IMG/VR virus record: IMGVR_UViG_3300029286_000009
Span: 186,001-250,000 of that record
Reading direction: 5' to 3' (one strand)
DNA length: 64,000 bases
Below are positions 9,184-22,029 of the stretch, in pieces. Every line of letters starts with the position of its first letter. Position 1 is the first letter of the stretch. Under the pieces are notes generated by a model that saw nothing but the letters and a program-made list of their open reading frames with translations, made no database searches and was not told the DNA's origin. The translations under genes and the position numbers were made by a program.

Positions 9184-12100
9184 ATCTTTCCTTTTATCTC
9201 TTCCAGCAATTCCGTGGGGTTATGCCCATAATATTTGTCATTACGTTCCACATGATCCATTACACTTACAGACCAACGCCCGTGTTCTGCTTTTACACTA
9301 CTGAACAGGAGCATAAACACTACTGTAAGACCACGTTCTTCATTATAAAAAGTCTCTAAGTAAGCATAATCTAAGCCCCGAGAAGCCTTGGCAACATAAC
9401 CTTGTCCAATGATATAAGCGTAAAGTGCATCAAACTCGGGATATGTAATCTGTAAACTAGCAAGGATTTTGTTATGTTGTTGGTCGTCAAATTTATACAT
9501 TTAACTTCTTAACTCCTCGGTAACCCTTCCATGCGGGGAATAATCTTTCAAACTTTTCGATTATTTCTTCTCGGGTATGTTCTTCCACTAATATATACCG
9601 ACCTAGTTGTCCTACTCTTGCCTTCAAGTCGGCGTGTTCTTTAATATACGTATGGATATATTCAGCTTCATTTTTATTCATTATCCTATCTCTGCAATGT
9701 TTCTCTCGAACTCATATACCTGCTCCCAAGTCTTTTGTTCGTTTGTATTCCTCGGTTGATTCTAACACTTTAACCAGGTTTTTATTAAAGCATTCTTGTG
9801 TTTCCCCTAAACCATGCCTGTTTAAAGTATTTATTACCCAATTCATGGCATGAACAAGTGGTCTAAGATCATCTCGGAAGAATCCATCTTCATGTTTAGT
9901 GTAACCTTCGTTTTGTTCTTTTACAAAATCATATCTACGATCGTGTATCTGATCAACACATTCTTGTATAGTGTCGAGCCAATCCAATGTCGCTCTTATA
10001 TTTTCAACCCAATAATCCGGATTTACCCACCCGGATTCAATATCCTCTAAAAGGCATTCCATTCTCGACTGCTGCAAGCTTATACTTTCTACATACTGCC
10101 CGTCTTCTATTTTTTTATCTCCCATAGACAACAACCCTTTATTTTTGTATTTGTCGTTCGCATTTGTGGCATTTCCAATATTTTATTGACATAAAATGGT
10201 CCCCCAAAAAACCGCCATAACCTGGAACAAAATATTTTTTAATTGTATGCATCGAAGTCCCACAATGGTAACATCTAATATGTGGGTTAGCTAGTCTATA
10301 TTCCTTCCATGCCGCACGAGCTTCTGATTCGGTATTGTAACGACGTCCGCCGATTCCCGACTTAAAGACCCGATATATTGCCCATATGCTATCTTTATGA
10401 TACCATATTAAAGAGTGTAAACCATCACCATTATAGAAAGCATGGATTATTTTAAAATAACCCCGTTTGATAGCTTGAGCGTGTCTTATATAGTGGTGGT
10501 TTGGTCCTAACCACTCTACTCCCTGGAATTTACTTTTACTAAAGGGTCTTGTCATTTTTTTTTCTCCTAGTCGTGCCATCCCGAATTAGCACGATTGATG
10601 CCGGGGCCGGGTGTATATGGTCTAGTCTTATCCTTTTTGTTGGTTATACACTTAGCAAGTTCGGGGTCTACTTCAATGCCTATACCGCGAATTAGTTGTG
10701 TTGTACCGCATGCGACACACTGGTGTTGCTGCCACCACCCAGTGCTATCTCCAACATCAGCAATATATTCAAAAACTTTTTGCCCACATTCACAAACCAA
10801 ATCAGCCATTGTCACCTCGCAGTCCTTTAGTGGCGTGTTCCATGAAGTCCCCGCACTCTTTGTGCAGAATCACAAATTGTCCTCTATAAAAAGAGACCCA
10901 ACAATCTTCATCTTCTGCTACTAGTTCATTGCATTTTTCACAGGCACGCTCTAATATGTCTTTTCTTACCAGATCACGTGTTATCAAAGGTCTTCTCCTA
11001 ATGCAAAATAGTCCTCTGGTTTCCCCGCTCGTTCCCAACACCGGTAGAATATATCGGATACTATAGGGACAGGAGTTTTATCATAAGCAATTAAAGCCAC
11101 GTGCTTTCCTTTGTCTTGTGCCCTTTTTATAATTGTGCTTAGAAGGATGTAACCTGCACTATCATCCTCATCATTGGATAAGTCTATATCCAACTGGTCT
11201 AAAAAGTCTGCTAGAATATAGTATGCATAGTCATCTATACTACGTTCAGTCCAATGCGACAATGTCTTCTCCTATTTCTTAATAAAAAACAAGATAGCGA
11301 GAGGTCCTAATGATATACATGCAATAAAAGCATCTACTGCATCAGGACCTATACTGCCCCATTTTTGGTATTCGCGATAACTTATCTGCCCGAAGGCGAA
11401 CAATCCGCACAATATCCAAGTTAGAACGATATAATACATCACGACTTGGGTTCTTCCTCTTTCTTCCTATACACATAACGTGCCAACCAACTGTGTCGGG
11501 GTGTGTTCTCCAAAAAGAATGCCATTATACCCAATACTAGAAGTAGAGAAAATATTCCAAAAAATAGACAGAATACAGCATAAATTAATCCTGAAAGGAT
11601 ATTTCCTACACGTAATCCATTATTTCCGTCGTACATGTTGCGCAGATGTGATAGAAAAAAGATTAAACCTGCTATTCCACCGCAAGTAAACCAAATGGCT
11701 CTAAAGTCCATTATTTTAACTCCTCTATAATTTCCCATTGTTCTGTGGTGCCCCGCCCCACGATTTTATCTAGGTAAGTGCGGGCTTCCTCCAGGGTGGT
11801 CCAATATGTTACTTTATGTCGCTTAATGTCCACATGATACACTAAATAGAATTTAGCATTTTTTTCCACTACCAAAGGGATTGTAAATTCATACAGGTAA
11901 CAATACTCGGATGCACGGTTGCAATAAAGAGATGTAATACCCCTGTAAACGTAACGGTCGCATACGATTTTTAATTCAGGTATTAATTGCAACTTATTTA
12001 TCTTGTAAAGACTATTTGAAATTTTTGACTAACAGGAATCACTGAAGCAGAACACGCGGGGTTTTGACATTTGAATCCGGCATTGTGTCCGTCGATTGTT

Positions 12101-15100
12101 AATCTAAAAAGACTTTTACCACACCATGGGCAGGTTAACAAGATTTTAGATTTTTCGGCTGCGGCTTCTGTGGGTGTGTCATCTAAAATAAGCCACTCAT
12201 TTGCTATATCTGCTCCATTTATACTTATAAAAAACTCCTCTACCGTCTTTGGTTCTTTAGTCATGTTAATTCCTTTATTTGATATTTTTCTGATTCTCGA
12301 GCCCTAACTTCTTGACGTGTGGGTATTTTCCATTCTTTTATACGTTGCGAAAGCCAATGGCATCTGTATTTTTTACAAAAGAAGCACCAGTCACATTCTC
12401 CATAACAAGGTTTCCCCCACAGGTGCACTCGCCACTGGTGTTTCTGCTTAGCTTTGCGCGACATTACTCTACGTTCTGCTCTACTACGCATTGGTGCTCC
12501 TGGGGGTGTTGGAGTGATCGGTAATCACTGAGGACAGGATACCTTTTCGAATAGTCTAGAAAAAGAGACTATCCGGATTAAACTTTAATAACTCAACTAA
12601 CTTAGCCGTTTTTACTTTTAGTTGCTCCACGCATGCTGTCTCTAAACCATGGTCTAAGAAGTAACTAGCTCGGTGCAATGCACTTCCCCGTAAGTTCTTG
12701 TAAACTGATTCATAATTAAAAGGGTATTCCTTCATACACCACAGCTGTAGAACTTCAAGATATTTGTTTATTCCAATCCTGCTGCAATCTTCGTTCGTCA
12801 TTTACCTAGTCTCCTGAGTTTACCCCACCAACGCTGCAACCTCTCCATTATACTTCCTATTACAACTACCGCTAATAGCCACCATGGTATTAAACGTGAT
12901 CTAGTCTTTTTCCTCATCTATCTGACCCCCACCAGTTTCTTCTATGCCTTCTGGTATTACACCAAATGCTTTTTGCCTAAAAGCGATTTGATGACCACAC
13001 TGATCACAGCCCCACCTTCCTGGAATTTCAATGTCACCAGTCATAAAGTTCTTCAACTTCTTCATTTCGCCGCCACAAACTTTGCACTCCATGCTATCCT
13101 CCTACTTATATCTGGGAATTTTGGAAAGGGCTTCTTTTGCTGCTGCCAACTCTTTGTTAGTGCTTTCTACTCTCAATCGCTTATCATAATTCTTAATAGC
13201 CTTACATAATTCTGTTAAATCACCGCCCCAATTACACCCCCAGTAATAATACAAAGCTGATATGAGTTGTATAGAGTTAAATAACCAGCCCATCTTTACG
13301 TCAACACTGAAGGAGATCGCTTCGGTTGTATGCCATGCATTCCTGTAACAGTCCTTAGTCCATGGGATACTGCCCTCTTTAGTCAACTTTGTGAGTTCTC
13401 TGACTATATCAACCACTTCCTGGTTCATTCTCTTTGTCCTTACATCGCATTTCCATGAGTTTTTGCTTTTTTACCTTCTTGTCTTCACATCTTTTCTCAC
13501 TTAACCTTTTTTCTTGGCGAACTACATTTTTATCAACGCTTTTCCAGAGAGTGGCTAGTAAATCTGCTCCCCAAAATAGTTCTTTATACTTTTCGTCATA
13601 ACACCAAAGTATATAAGATACAATACCGAATTCTAAACACACCTTAGTTTGTTCTATTCGTAGTGAGTAACCATTTTTATCCCAGTGTTTTTTCCACAAA
13701 ATCGCATCACATTCGGTTAACTCAATAAGCTTATTTATGAACCTTTCGTCAATTAATGTATTTGTCATTTTTTGCCCGCCTTAATTACTACCCACAGCTC
13801 ACCACTCACTTCATCATATAGCAGGTTCTCATTAGTAAGAGCCATTTTTCTTAGGGTTTCCGCAGAGAAAACTCTCCCATCTTTGTCTACGTCGCCTGCC
13901 TTGAATAACACACCTGTATATGTGGCGTTATCTTCCATATTACTCCTATTTCAACTCCTCAGGTAGGGTTAGTATATCTGCAGGAATCCCTATGGGTGTT
14001 ATTATACACCAAGAGTTATTACAGTACTTACAGTATATACGCGTTTTCTCAGTATCATCTACAAAATAAGGTTTTAGTTCCCGATGTCCCCAGCTGTCTT
14101 GTTTCCAGGTTTGTATCAGACTCCTGAGTATAGTAAGGTCTATTGAGCCGCAATTCGCACACTGGAACAGGGGAAGTCCGTATTTAGATGTACCCATATT
14201 TTTCTATTAACTCCCCACTAGATTTCTTCATTTGCATCGGATAAAGAACTCCGTCTTTTACTAAGTCTACTTCGGCGTAAAAATATCTGTGCTGGATATC
14301 ATACTCCAAGTGTTTAACCACAACTAGATAACCTTGTGCCTCTGCTTCGCTTATTTGCTCTTCGAATATCCTTCTAGCCTTTCTCTGAATAGCATCTTGA
14401 TTATTTTTAAACTGTGTATCTTTCACTTTACACCCGCATCGCTCTAGACATTAGTAACATTTTAAATTCGGTAGCTTTAAACTTCTCGTTACTCCAGCCT
14501 TTTTTCCTATTACTCATATATTCTCGCACATAGCTAGGAAGTAGGAAAGGATTTATCTTAACCGTTGGTAAAACATGTGTAACTACTCCTGTGTCATAAT
14601 CAACAGCCTTGTCAAAATCTCTACTAATAACTACTTCCGGCACGGGTTGAACACCTGTTCTTAAATAGTAGGGTAGTGTACCAGGCACAAATGATTCTAT
14701 TGCCCGGAACAATTCAATAATAGCCCACCCAGTATTGTCGTGTTTAACTAGTATCTCCATCGGTTTAATATACCAGTCTTCTACCTGTTCGTAATAAATG
14801 TCCAGTAGTTCTTGGTAGGTTAGATTTTTAATATCTTCTAGTGATAACTCTTTAGTCGCTGTTACCTTTACTTTTGTCATCTTCTCGTTCCTCATGCTCT
14901 AGGGAAATCTCCTGTGGTGTATGGAGGATCTCCTAGATAATGCCACCCGTCCGGAAACCCCGGATAAGGGTTTGGGTTGGGGCATGGTGGCGGGCAAGGT
15001 GGTGGACAAGGATATAAATACATTGGAGATGTAATATAGGTCTTATTAACTTTGTCCAACCAAGTTAGGCTAGTTATTAAATCTGTCAGTTCTTTGGCTT

Positions 15101-15249
15101 GTTCATATTCTCCTTCATAAATATGTTTTTGAACCTTGTCCCATAGTAACGTAATCTGGTTTTCAATGTCTACAGTATAAAACATGTTTTTATCCCCCTA
15201 ACTCTTATTACCAGTTTGGTTGTCTTGAAGTGCTGCTTTAAGAGTTACT

Positions 15250-16534
15250 GTCAAATACCGCCAGCTAAAGCAGGCGGCTTGTAAGTCGTACTTACGATAG
15301 GCTGTTTGACATCAGCCCGACTTCCAGCGGACATGCCCTTGGAAGCAAGGTAGTTTAGGCGAATATTTTTACTAGCGTTGAGGTCTGCATTGTGTTGAAA
15401 ACCACAAGACTTACATACAAACCAAGACTGGCTCTGCCGGTTCCTTCTCGCTATGTATCCGCAACGGGAACACTTCTGGCTTGTGTATCGAGGATCAACA
15501 TATTCAATCGCAATGCTCCTCATCCTGCCTTTGTAATCCAAGAAAGAACGAAGTCTCTCAAAAGACCAAGAGTGGATTCTTCGCCGTTGTTTTCTTTTCG
15601 CCTTTACTCTGCCTCGAATATCAACAAGATCCTCAAGGACAACGACAGAACCGGGGACAACTGTATCAACTATTCGCCTGGAAATTACGTGGTCACAATC
15701 CTTTCGGAAGCGGTTTTCCTTCTGCGAAAGCTTTTTAAGGTGTCTTTTCGCAGAATCAGTGCCTTTCGATTGGAGAGAGCGTTTGATTCTAAAGTATTTC
15801 TTGGTGGTTTCTTTCCATTGTCGTTCACCAATAAAGTCGGCATTACTGGTGACTGCGGGACGGTTAACTCCGAGGTCAATTCCTACGGTGATGTTCGTGG
15901 GCTCAACAACTGCATCGTCTGTAGAGACAACAACGTGCAAAAAGACTCTTCCGTCTCGCTTGAAGCAGAGGTCAGAGGAGCAGACTTTCCAGGAAAGATA
16001 TCTGCGGTAGTAGTCACAGACTATCAACGTAATGGGGATTCTTCCCTCGACAGAAGAAAGAAAAGCGGTTCCCTTATCAAGTCTAATCGTGGCGGATCTA
16101 GCATCATATCTAACTGTGAGGGCTTTCCCTGTAGGGCAAGAAGCCTTTTTACCTTTTTTCAACTTTGCTTTAGCAGATTTCAGAGCTTCTGTTGCTTTCA
16201 TTCTAGCGGAACACACGAGTTGACTCGGAAGGGACGTGGTTTCTCTTTCAAAACGATAGGTAGCATGGTGCAAATCAACTCCGTTGACCCTTGGGGCTTC
16301 CCATCCTGTTTGACAGACCCTAGCAAAAGACTGCGAAAATTGTTCTGCGGTCTCTTTGAGAGCTTGCAATTTGTCACTTTTAACAGGAAGTTTGAGAGTT
16401 ACGGTTTGCACGTTTGCTCCTTCATATACAAGGTAAAGCATCCGCAACTAAAAGTCAAGGCACAAATACTAAGAAAGGAGGAGCCGGCTTCCTCTGCCGC
16501 CTAAAGACGGCAGTCTCCGCCGGGACAAATCTTT
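15250..16534 (-). mobile_element. IS200/IS605-family TnpB-only (non-autonomous) element
   Basis: Terminal hairpins; plus-strand ends GTCAA at 15250 and ATGA at 16535; interrupts a reconstructable small ORF. Confidence 0.85.
15251..16447 (-). CDS. tnpB: TnpB RNA-guided nuclease
   Basis: RuvC motifs GIDLG, VLEDL and NADLNAS; zinc finger CSRC/CKSC; YTSQKCS. Confidence 0.92.
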   Translation of the reverse strand: MRMLYLVYEGANVQTVTLKLPVKSDKLQALKETAEQFSQSFARVCQTGWEAPRVNGVDLHHATYRFERETTSLPSQLVCSARMKATEALKSAKAKLKKGKKASCPTGKALTVRYDARSATIRLDKGTAFLSSVEGRIPITLIVCDYYRRYLSWKVCSSDLCFKRDGRVFLHVVVSTDDAVVEPTNITVGIDLGVNRPAVTSNADFIGERQWKETTKKYFRIKRSLQSKGTDSAKRHLKKLSQKENRFRKDCDHVISRRIVDTVVPGSVVVLEDLVDIRGRVKAKRKQRRRIHSWSFERLRSFLDYKGRMRSIAIEYVDPRYTSQKCSRCGYIARRNRQSQSWFVCKSCGFQHNADLNASKNIRLNYLASKGMSAGSRADVKQPIVSTTYKPPALAGGI

Positions 16535-17244
16535 ATGAACTCCCAACAATCGCTTGCAAGGTCAGCATCATAATAGCGATGCTTACTGGGTATTCTGATA
16601 ACGAAACCGTCTACCATTTGTTTAATTACTTTTAATTTTAGTTGAGAACTTTCTTCGGCATCCATGCTATTACTCCTGTTGTAAGTCTACCCAACCTGAG
16701 GTGGTCTTTTCATAAATATGCGTCCAATAGTGGGCAACGTTTAGTGCATATGTTATTGCATCCTCAAGTGTTTCAAAATACACGGAAAAGTCACCTTCTC
16801 CATCTGGGTAGCTATAACTCATAGCATAGATGTTCTTTATTTGTTCTATGTCTATATAATCCCCTTTCCCACACCTCGATTGTTTATACCTGCACAGTGT
16901 TTTGAGCAAGACAGGTTCTATTTTATTAAGCTCTTTAGGCATCAGGAACCCCTTTTAATGCTTCCGGATCAGAATATATCTCTACATGACCGCAGGCAAT
17001 ACAGAATCGTACATTGAAATTTATCGGTTCTTGTCTATCCTCCTGATTAATATACAAAGACATGAAATTCCAGTCGACATTGTTTGTAACAACCAATTCA
17101 TATAGTGGTGAGTATACAAGCCTGCACATCGGGCAGTGCTTAGTTGTTCGCTTTTTACATACCTTAGGTGGCTTCCATAACCCTAAAGTAGGCGACCCCT
17201 CAACTGTAACATAATTTGTAGATTCTATTTTCGTTTCTTCCATA

Positions 17245-17502
17245 TTATCTCTTATCATACTCATTATATTCCATGCAAGCAACACCCAATGCAGTTGCTT
17301 TTTTGATATTGCTCATCACTTCTTCATAATTCCAATCCTTGCCTACCAAACCATCTTGGGCTCTCCGTAGATAAACCTGCATATAGGAAATCCAAGAACC
17401 CAGTTCATGGTATTGGTCATGCTCGACCCCGCCCCAAATATTGTCTTGGTGGTCTCTTTCTGCATCAATTTGCATATATACTTGTGTTCTTGATAGTGCC
17501 AT
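17245..17502 (-). CDS. Possible MazG-like all-alpha NTP-pyrophosphatase-fold protein
   Basis: ER..Q...WG...H....W pattern and ALGVACME C-terminus. Confidence 0.35.
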   Translation of the reverse strand: MALSRTQVYMQIDAERDHQDNIWGGVEHDQYHELGSWISYMQVYLRRAQDGLVGKDWNYEEVMSNIKKATALGVACMEYNEYDKR

Positions 17503-17513
17503 GGTTACCTCAT

Positions 17514-17860
17514 CAAATATTCCTCACGGATACCCCGCACTTTAGTGCTGGGGAGGAAGTGAGACCCTGGAAACTAACAAAGTGCTAGCCCTTTCCAGTA
17601 GCCTGAGATTTCTAGCGTGGATTGACTTGTGGAGGCTTTGTCCACTACCATCCCTTATATCAAAATTTCCTGTTGATCTTCTGCCAAAAAATAAATGCTT
17701 TCTTGCCTTCCCAAGCGACTTTGTCAAATCGCCTGAATCCTAATATCTCTCTAGGGGCAGTATTACGAATATGGCTTCTGGCACCCTTGTATAACTTTCT
17801 ATTACACTTTCTAACTTGCTTGATTGTAAGTGGTGTAGTTCGCTCTTGGTTTTCTCCACC
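17514..17860 (-). pseudogene. iscB: 3' remnant of a second IscB element (frameshifted) including its element end
   Basis: Translates to ...TIKQVRKCNRKLYKGARSHIRNTAPREILGFRRFDKV..AFIF / GRRSTGNFDIRDG...SLPPQH, matching the C-terminus of 39227..40435; one extra base in the A6 run at 17686-17691; same end hairpin and ATGA flank. Confidence 0.9.
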
Positions 17861-18034
17861 ATGCTTCTACTATTATTATTTCTGGGTGCTGTTTATGTTT
17901 GTCTCTACAATCTCTACAGAAAAATGTATCTTCTGGGGGTTCTATGTCCAGGTTACTCCCATACGGAGTGCCCGAGTCTGCGATCTTACAGTAGCGTCCG
18001 CATATACTGCATCTGGTTGAATATCTAAACATAC

Positions 18035-18469
18035 CTAGCATCCCTTTAAGTCCGGGCATAAACGTGATAGCTCAGTTCTTATTTCTTCCCTTTTTCTCAA
18101 TTTATCTTCCACATTCATATTTGGTGTAGCTATCCAGAAAGATATTTGTCTGTCCTCTCTTTTGATGGAGTAGGCATCGGAAAGACTTTTTGCAAATCCC
18201 TCTACCAGATTGAGCAACGACGATGCCTCTTCATTGTTTGAAACAACTGTAGAACATTTCAAAGGTTCTACTACCGGAATCTCGTTAACTTCCCAAATGA
18301 TTTCGCCATTTTGCTTATAGCTAACAGTTATGTTGTTTTCTCTTAAATAATCTCTTATAGTATCCGATGCTTCCCAATCCTTCCCTGCTCTAGCTAACTT
18401 TATTAGCCTAATCCATGCTTCCACACTTTTTCTATTTATTAGTTTTTGTTGCATGTTACCAACTTTCAT
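18035..18469 (-). CDS. Protein with a CysRS C-terminal (anticodon-binding)-like domain
   Basis: ARAGKDWEASDTIRDYLRENNITV....GEIIW matches the AR..KDW..AD.IRD.L...GI.V.D...G..W signature. Confidence 0.6.
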   Translation of the reverse strand: MKVGNMQQKLINRKSVEAWIRLIKLARAGKDWEASDTIRDYLRENNITVSYKQNGEIIWEVNEIPVVEPLKCSTVVSNNEEASSLLNLVEGFAKSLSDAYSIKREDRQISFWIATPNMNVEDKLRKREEIRTELSRLCPDLKGC

Positions 18470-19687
18470 AGTCTGTTATATTTATCTCTTCCCCGCACCC
18501 GCACTTCACAGTAATGGCACTACCCAGAGACGTGGGGAAAAAAGAGAATATTAGACCCCCGCCGATGGCTCCAGTATAACCTGTAAAGCGGCATCCTGTT
18601 TTCTTGTGCTCTTCATACCACTTCTCATAGGTTTCATACTCTTTGTCTGACATTACAAAAGTCTTATCTGTATATTTTCCACCCATACACTCCTCCTTAA
18701 TTTGTTGCAACTCGTTGTGTTTTCTACTAATAACTTTTGCTAATTTTTTGACCATCTGTTTCAGGGCAAATATACGTTCTCGTTGCCTACTAAGCTCGTG
18801 TGCTTGTGCCTTGCATCGCAGGTCTAACATAATGAAAGCAGTTTGTGTCACTTCTTTTCTTCAATACCAAAAAACTTTAAAGCGAGTCTGACAGCGTCAT
18901 TGCTGTCACCATCCGGCTGTTTATCCTTGTTATATAGCCACATTGTTTTCCCTTCTTTGTCTATCAGTTTTTTGTGTCCGAGTAGGTATTTGAGTAGACT
19001 TTCTGCACAACTAGGACATAGGTCTTTTGTTTCATAATCAAAATAAATCTCTACTGTATGCCCACCTGATTCTCGGGTAATTCCATTAGGTATACTTAAT
19101 CTAATGGGTGTAGAAATTTCTTTACCACATTTATCGCAGTCTATTACTTTTCGTTCTGCCATTCGTTTCTCCCAGGGCGGTCACTAATTTTAATAGATAT
19201 TTCTGGTTCTATCTTAACATTTCCATCCCACACCCTTTCTGCCCCCAAGATTGGGTAGTCATCCAAGGTTCCATCCTCTTCTTCTCGGGTAATCATGACA
19301 ACCCACTCAGGGTCAAACTTTTTGAGTAATTTTTGTAATTCTTTGTTAATCATCAGTAGTGTCCTTCTACAAAAAATTTATGAATGGTTGCCCTAAGGTT
19401 ATTTCGTGATATTGTCTGTAATGCGTTTACTTGCCATTTAGTCGGGTCTTGTTTATTTTTGCTTTGCGTGCGAACATTTATTTCTGTAAAACCGTTAAGG
19501 TAGTCGTTAACAATTACGATTCCATATTTGTGGTGTCTAAATATATATTGGGTATACTGAGTAGAAGAATATTGCAAATTTTGCTGTCGCTTTGATTGTA
19601 AACTAAACCCATGGTCTCGCATAATCGCCTCTACTGTGTCTGAACTAAACCATGCTGTTAACAACGGTATAAGGCAAAGCAATAAGA

Positions 19688-19951
19688 TTATGTGTGCAAA
19701 TCTAAACATAATTCTCCGCGGACTAACTTTTCTTTTTGCTTCCTACTTAATTTTTTAATTTTGTGCTCCAGTCTACACGCCACCGATCTATTAGGACAAT
19801 CTATAGCCCATATCGCATACACAGGCAATCTCCTTGTGGTATACTTAGCTCCTTTTCCAGCATTATGCACTGCTACTCTTCTGTCTATATTAGTAGTTGT
19901 TCCGCAATACAGGGTATCGTCAGAGCACTGTAGCAGATAAACTTTCCACAT
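19688..19951 (-). CDS. GIY-YIG nuclease (UPF0213-like)
   Basis: VYLLQCSDDTLYCGTT.NIDRR...HN.GKGAKYT. Confidence 0.85.
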   Translation of the reverse strand: MWKVYLLQCSDDTLYCGTTTNIDRRVAVHNAGKGAKYTTRRLPVYAIWAIDCPNRSVACRLEHKIKKLSRKQKEKLVRGELCLDLHT

Positions 19952-20306
19952 CTAATCCACCCGCAGATTGGCACATAGGGCACACGGCGTAATTACCCGG
20001 CGGGTCACCAGGACCGCGAGTATAAAATATTATCTCCAATTCACTGTCTTTACCTGACCAACCACATTTGCAGATATATTTATAATTGGGGTATTCTATG
20101 ATCTGAATTTTCATTTTTCTGTGCCTCTACTATAATTATAGTACCCAACTTCGTCTTCGGGTAAAGTTTCTCCGTGCATAAAAGTCAATCTAGTAATAAA
20201 CTCTTGTAATTCCCATTGATTTTTTTCTAGATGATTTACGTATTCTTTGAGAGCAAACATAACTACTTGATATTCTTCGTCTGTAATGTATAATAATTTT
20301 GACATC

Positions 20307-20927
20307 TTAGTCTCCTACTAACCTCCTAATAACTGTAGATGCAGTAGCTGATTTCTTTATAGAATAGAAAAGGTCAGATACCCTGGTGGCAGATATAGCA
20401 TCTAGTTTCAAATAAGGCACAGGGTTGTGTGTTTTTCCTTTTACCATCAATTCTAAATGTAAATGAGCACCGTTAGATTTTCCAGTATTTCCTACCTCAC
20501 CTATAATTTGCCTAGCAGTTACCTGTTGCCCTTTATTTACTTTAACTAATCCAAGATGTGCATAGTAGGTGAACGTTTCTGGTTGGTGTTTTAGCAGTAT
20601 GGCATTCCCATATCCACTTAAATTCCGATGTCTTCCCGCGTACACTACACTACCTGACATACAAGCTCTTACTGGTGTGCCTTTTGGGGCTGCTATATCT
20701 ATACCTTGGTGGAAGTGTCCATGCCTATTACCAAAGGGAGAACAGATTTCGCCCCCTGCTACGGGAAAAAATAATGCTATACTCGGCGAGATTTGGCGGG
20801 GCAAAATAGGAATACCACTTCGCCCGCCAATTTTTTTGTTCTCTGTAGGAACTATTTTAGTCCTCACTGATGTATGTGCACATGAGACTAAAAGTAGTAG
20901 AGAAAATATGCAGATTAAATATCGCAC
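20307..20927 (-). CDS. M23 family peptidase, probable lipoprotein
   Basis: HQGID, YAHL and GAHLHLE motifs; lipobox LLVSC. Confidence 0.9.
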   Translation of the reverse strand: MRYLICIFSLLLLVSCAHTSVRTKIVPTENKKIGGRSGIPILPRQISPSIALFFPVAGGEICSPFGNRHGHFHQGIDIAAPKGTPVRACMSGSVVYAGRHRNLSGYGNAILLKHQPETFTYYAHLGLVKVNKGQQVTARQIIGEVGNTGKSNGAHLHLELMVKGKTHNPVPYLKLDAISATRVSDLFYSIKKSATASTVIRRLVGD

Positions 20928-21094
20928 TGGCTTCTGTTATGATGTGTCTACTTCCTTTACTAAAAATTTTGCATCTCCTATTTCAAAACCGTCAATATCA
21001 AACATCACATTGTTGTATAAACAATCTTCTAGTTGTGTTAGGTCAAAATCGTCTGCTACTTCTCCGATAATCCGAATGTATATTTCTGCTTTTT

Positions 21095-21376
21095 TCATGT
21101 AACACCAGTAGCTTTCCTGATATAGTTCAGTGCTAACTCCAATAAAGCATTGTAAGCTATTTTGGTTTGATTCCCTAACAATTCGCTACCAAAATAGCTG
21201 TCTAATTTACCTAACACATAGTTCTTCTTTTCCAACCCGGTGTAGGCTGACCCATCTTCATGTTTTAGTGTTTCCGCTTCAGTTACTACGGTAATTACTT
21301 GTGTAATCACTTCCTTGCCTACTCCTAAAGCCCACCGGACTAGAATCCATACTAAACTCCATAAAATTGCTTGCAT
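21095..21376 (-). CDS. Holin-like small membrane protein
   Basis: N-terminal hydrophobic helix then TG.EKK..V motif as in LL-H-type holins; near the M23 peptidase. Confidence 0.4.
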   Translation of the reverse strand: MQAILWSLVWILVRWALGVGKEVITQVITVVTEAETLKHEDGSAYTGLEKKNYVLGKLDSYFGSELLGNQTKIAYNALLELALNYIRKATGVT

Positions 21377-21378
21377 TT

Positions 21379-22029
21379 TCAGTTTCCTACTACTGTATAG
21401 TCTGTAAATGAGTCACCATAAAAGTTAGTGGTATTCATAGCACATAATTTTGCTAGGCGAGCAGTACCACTGCAAGTCATGGCGAATGCATACTTAGTTT
21501 TACTGACATCATACTTAGCCGTGTTGCCCGCATTTAGTCCCAATGACTGCCCTTGCCCCCAAGCGTCAGCGACTGCCCCAATATAAGTAAATGTCCAGTT
21601 ACCTAATTCAGTCTTATCCGCTATCAGCTTTTTCACCTGGTCATAAGAGAACTCCCTTGAAGCATTCTCCTGCCCATCCGTGATAATTAACATTAACATC
21701 TTTTCATTATACGGAACTGTTCCTAGCGTATTAATAGTTCGTCCCACCGCATCTAACAATGCAGTCCTTCCCCTAGGTATGTAGGTTATTCTATCTAGAT
21801 TACCAACCTCGTGGAGGGGTTTTTTGACGTAGTTAATCTCATACTGGTCATCAAACTGAGTAAGGCTAATAAAATACTCAGTTTCTTTGTCTTTCTTTAG
21901 TCCTTCTAGGTAAGAGTTAAAACCCCCTATAGTATCATCCCAACATGAGCACATAGACCCGGATCGGTCTAGAATTACACTAACATGCACTTTGTTCTTT
22001 CTTGAAAATGGACAAATAAATTCACTCAT
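21379..22029 (-). CDS. von Willebrand factor A domain protein
   Basis: MIDAS motif DRSGSM, T.LLDA, IITDGQEN. Confidence 0.9.
   Translation of the reverse strand: MSEFICPFSRKNKVHVSVILDRSGSMCSCWDDTIGGFNSYLEGLKKDKETEYFISLTQFDDQYEINYVKKPLHEVGNLDRITYIPRGRTALLDAVGRTINTLGTVPYNEKMLMLIITDGQENASREFSYDQVKKLIADKTELGNWTFTYIGAVADAWGQGQSLGLNAGNTAKYDVSKTKYAFAMTCSGTARLAKLCAMNTTNFYGDSFTDYTVVGN

Larger units (their letters stand above)
15198..16665 (-). pseudogene. Phage gene of about 60 aa split by the TnpB element
   Basis: Joining 16665-16535 to 15249-15198 gives one open frame MDAEESSQLK...DCWEFI-VTLKAALQDNQTGNKS* with an AGGAG RBS. Confidence 0.7.

Noticed and set aside
12490-12560. Minus-strand tRNA (TGG start, GC-rich)
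   Set aside because: No T-loop or cloverleaf; explained by an RBS and a leader hairpin
15392-16504. 370-aa plus-strand ORF, and likewise the 299-aa minus-strand ORF at 60784..61683
   Set aside because: Antisense shadows of tnpB genes
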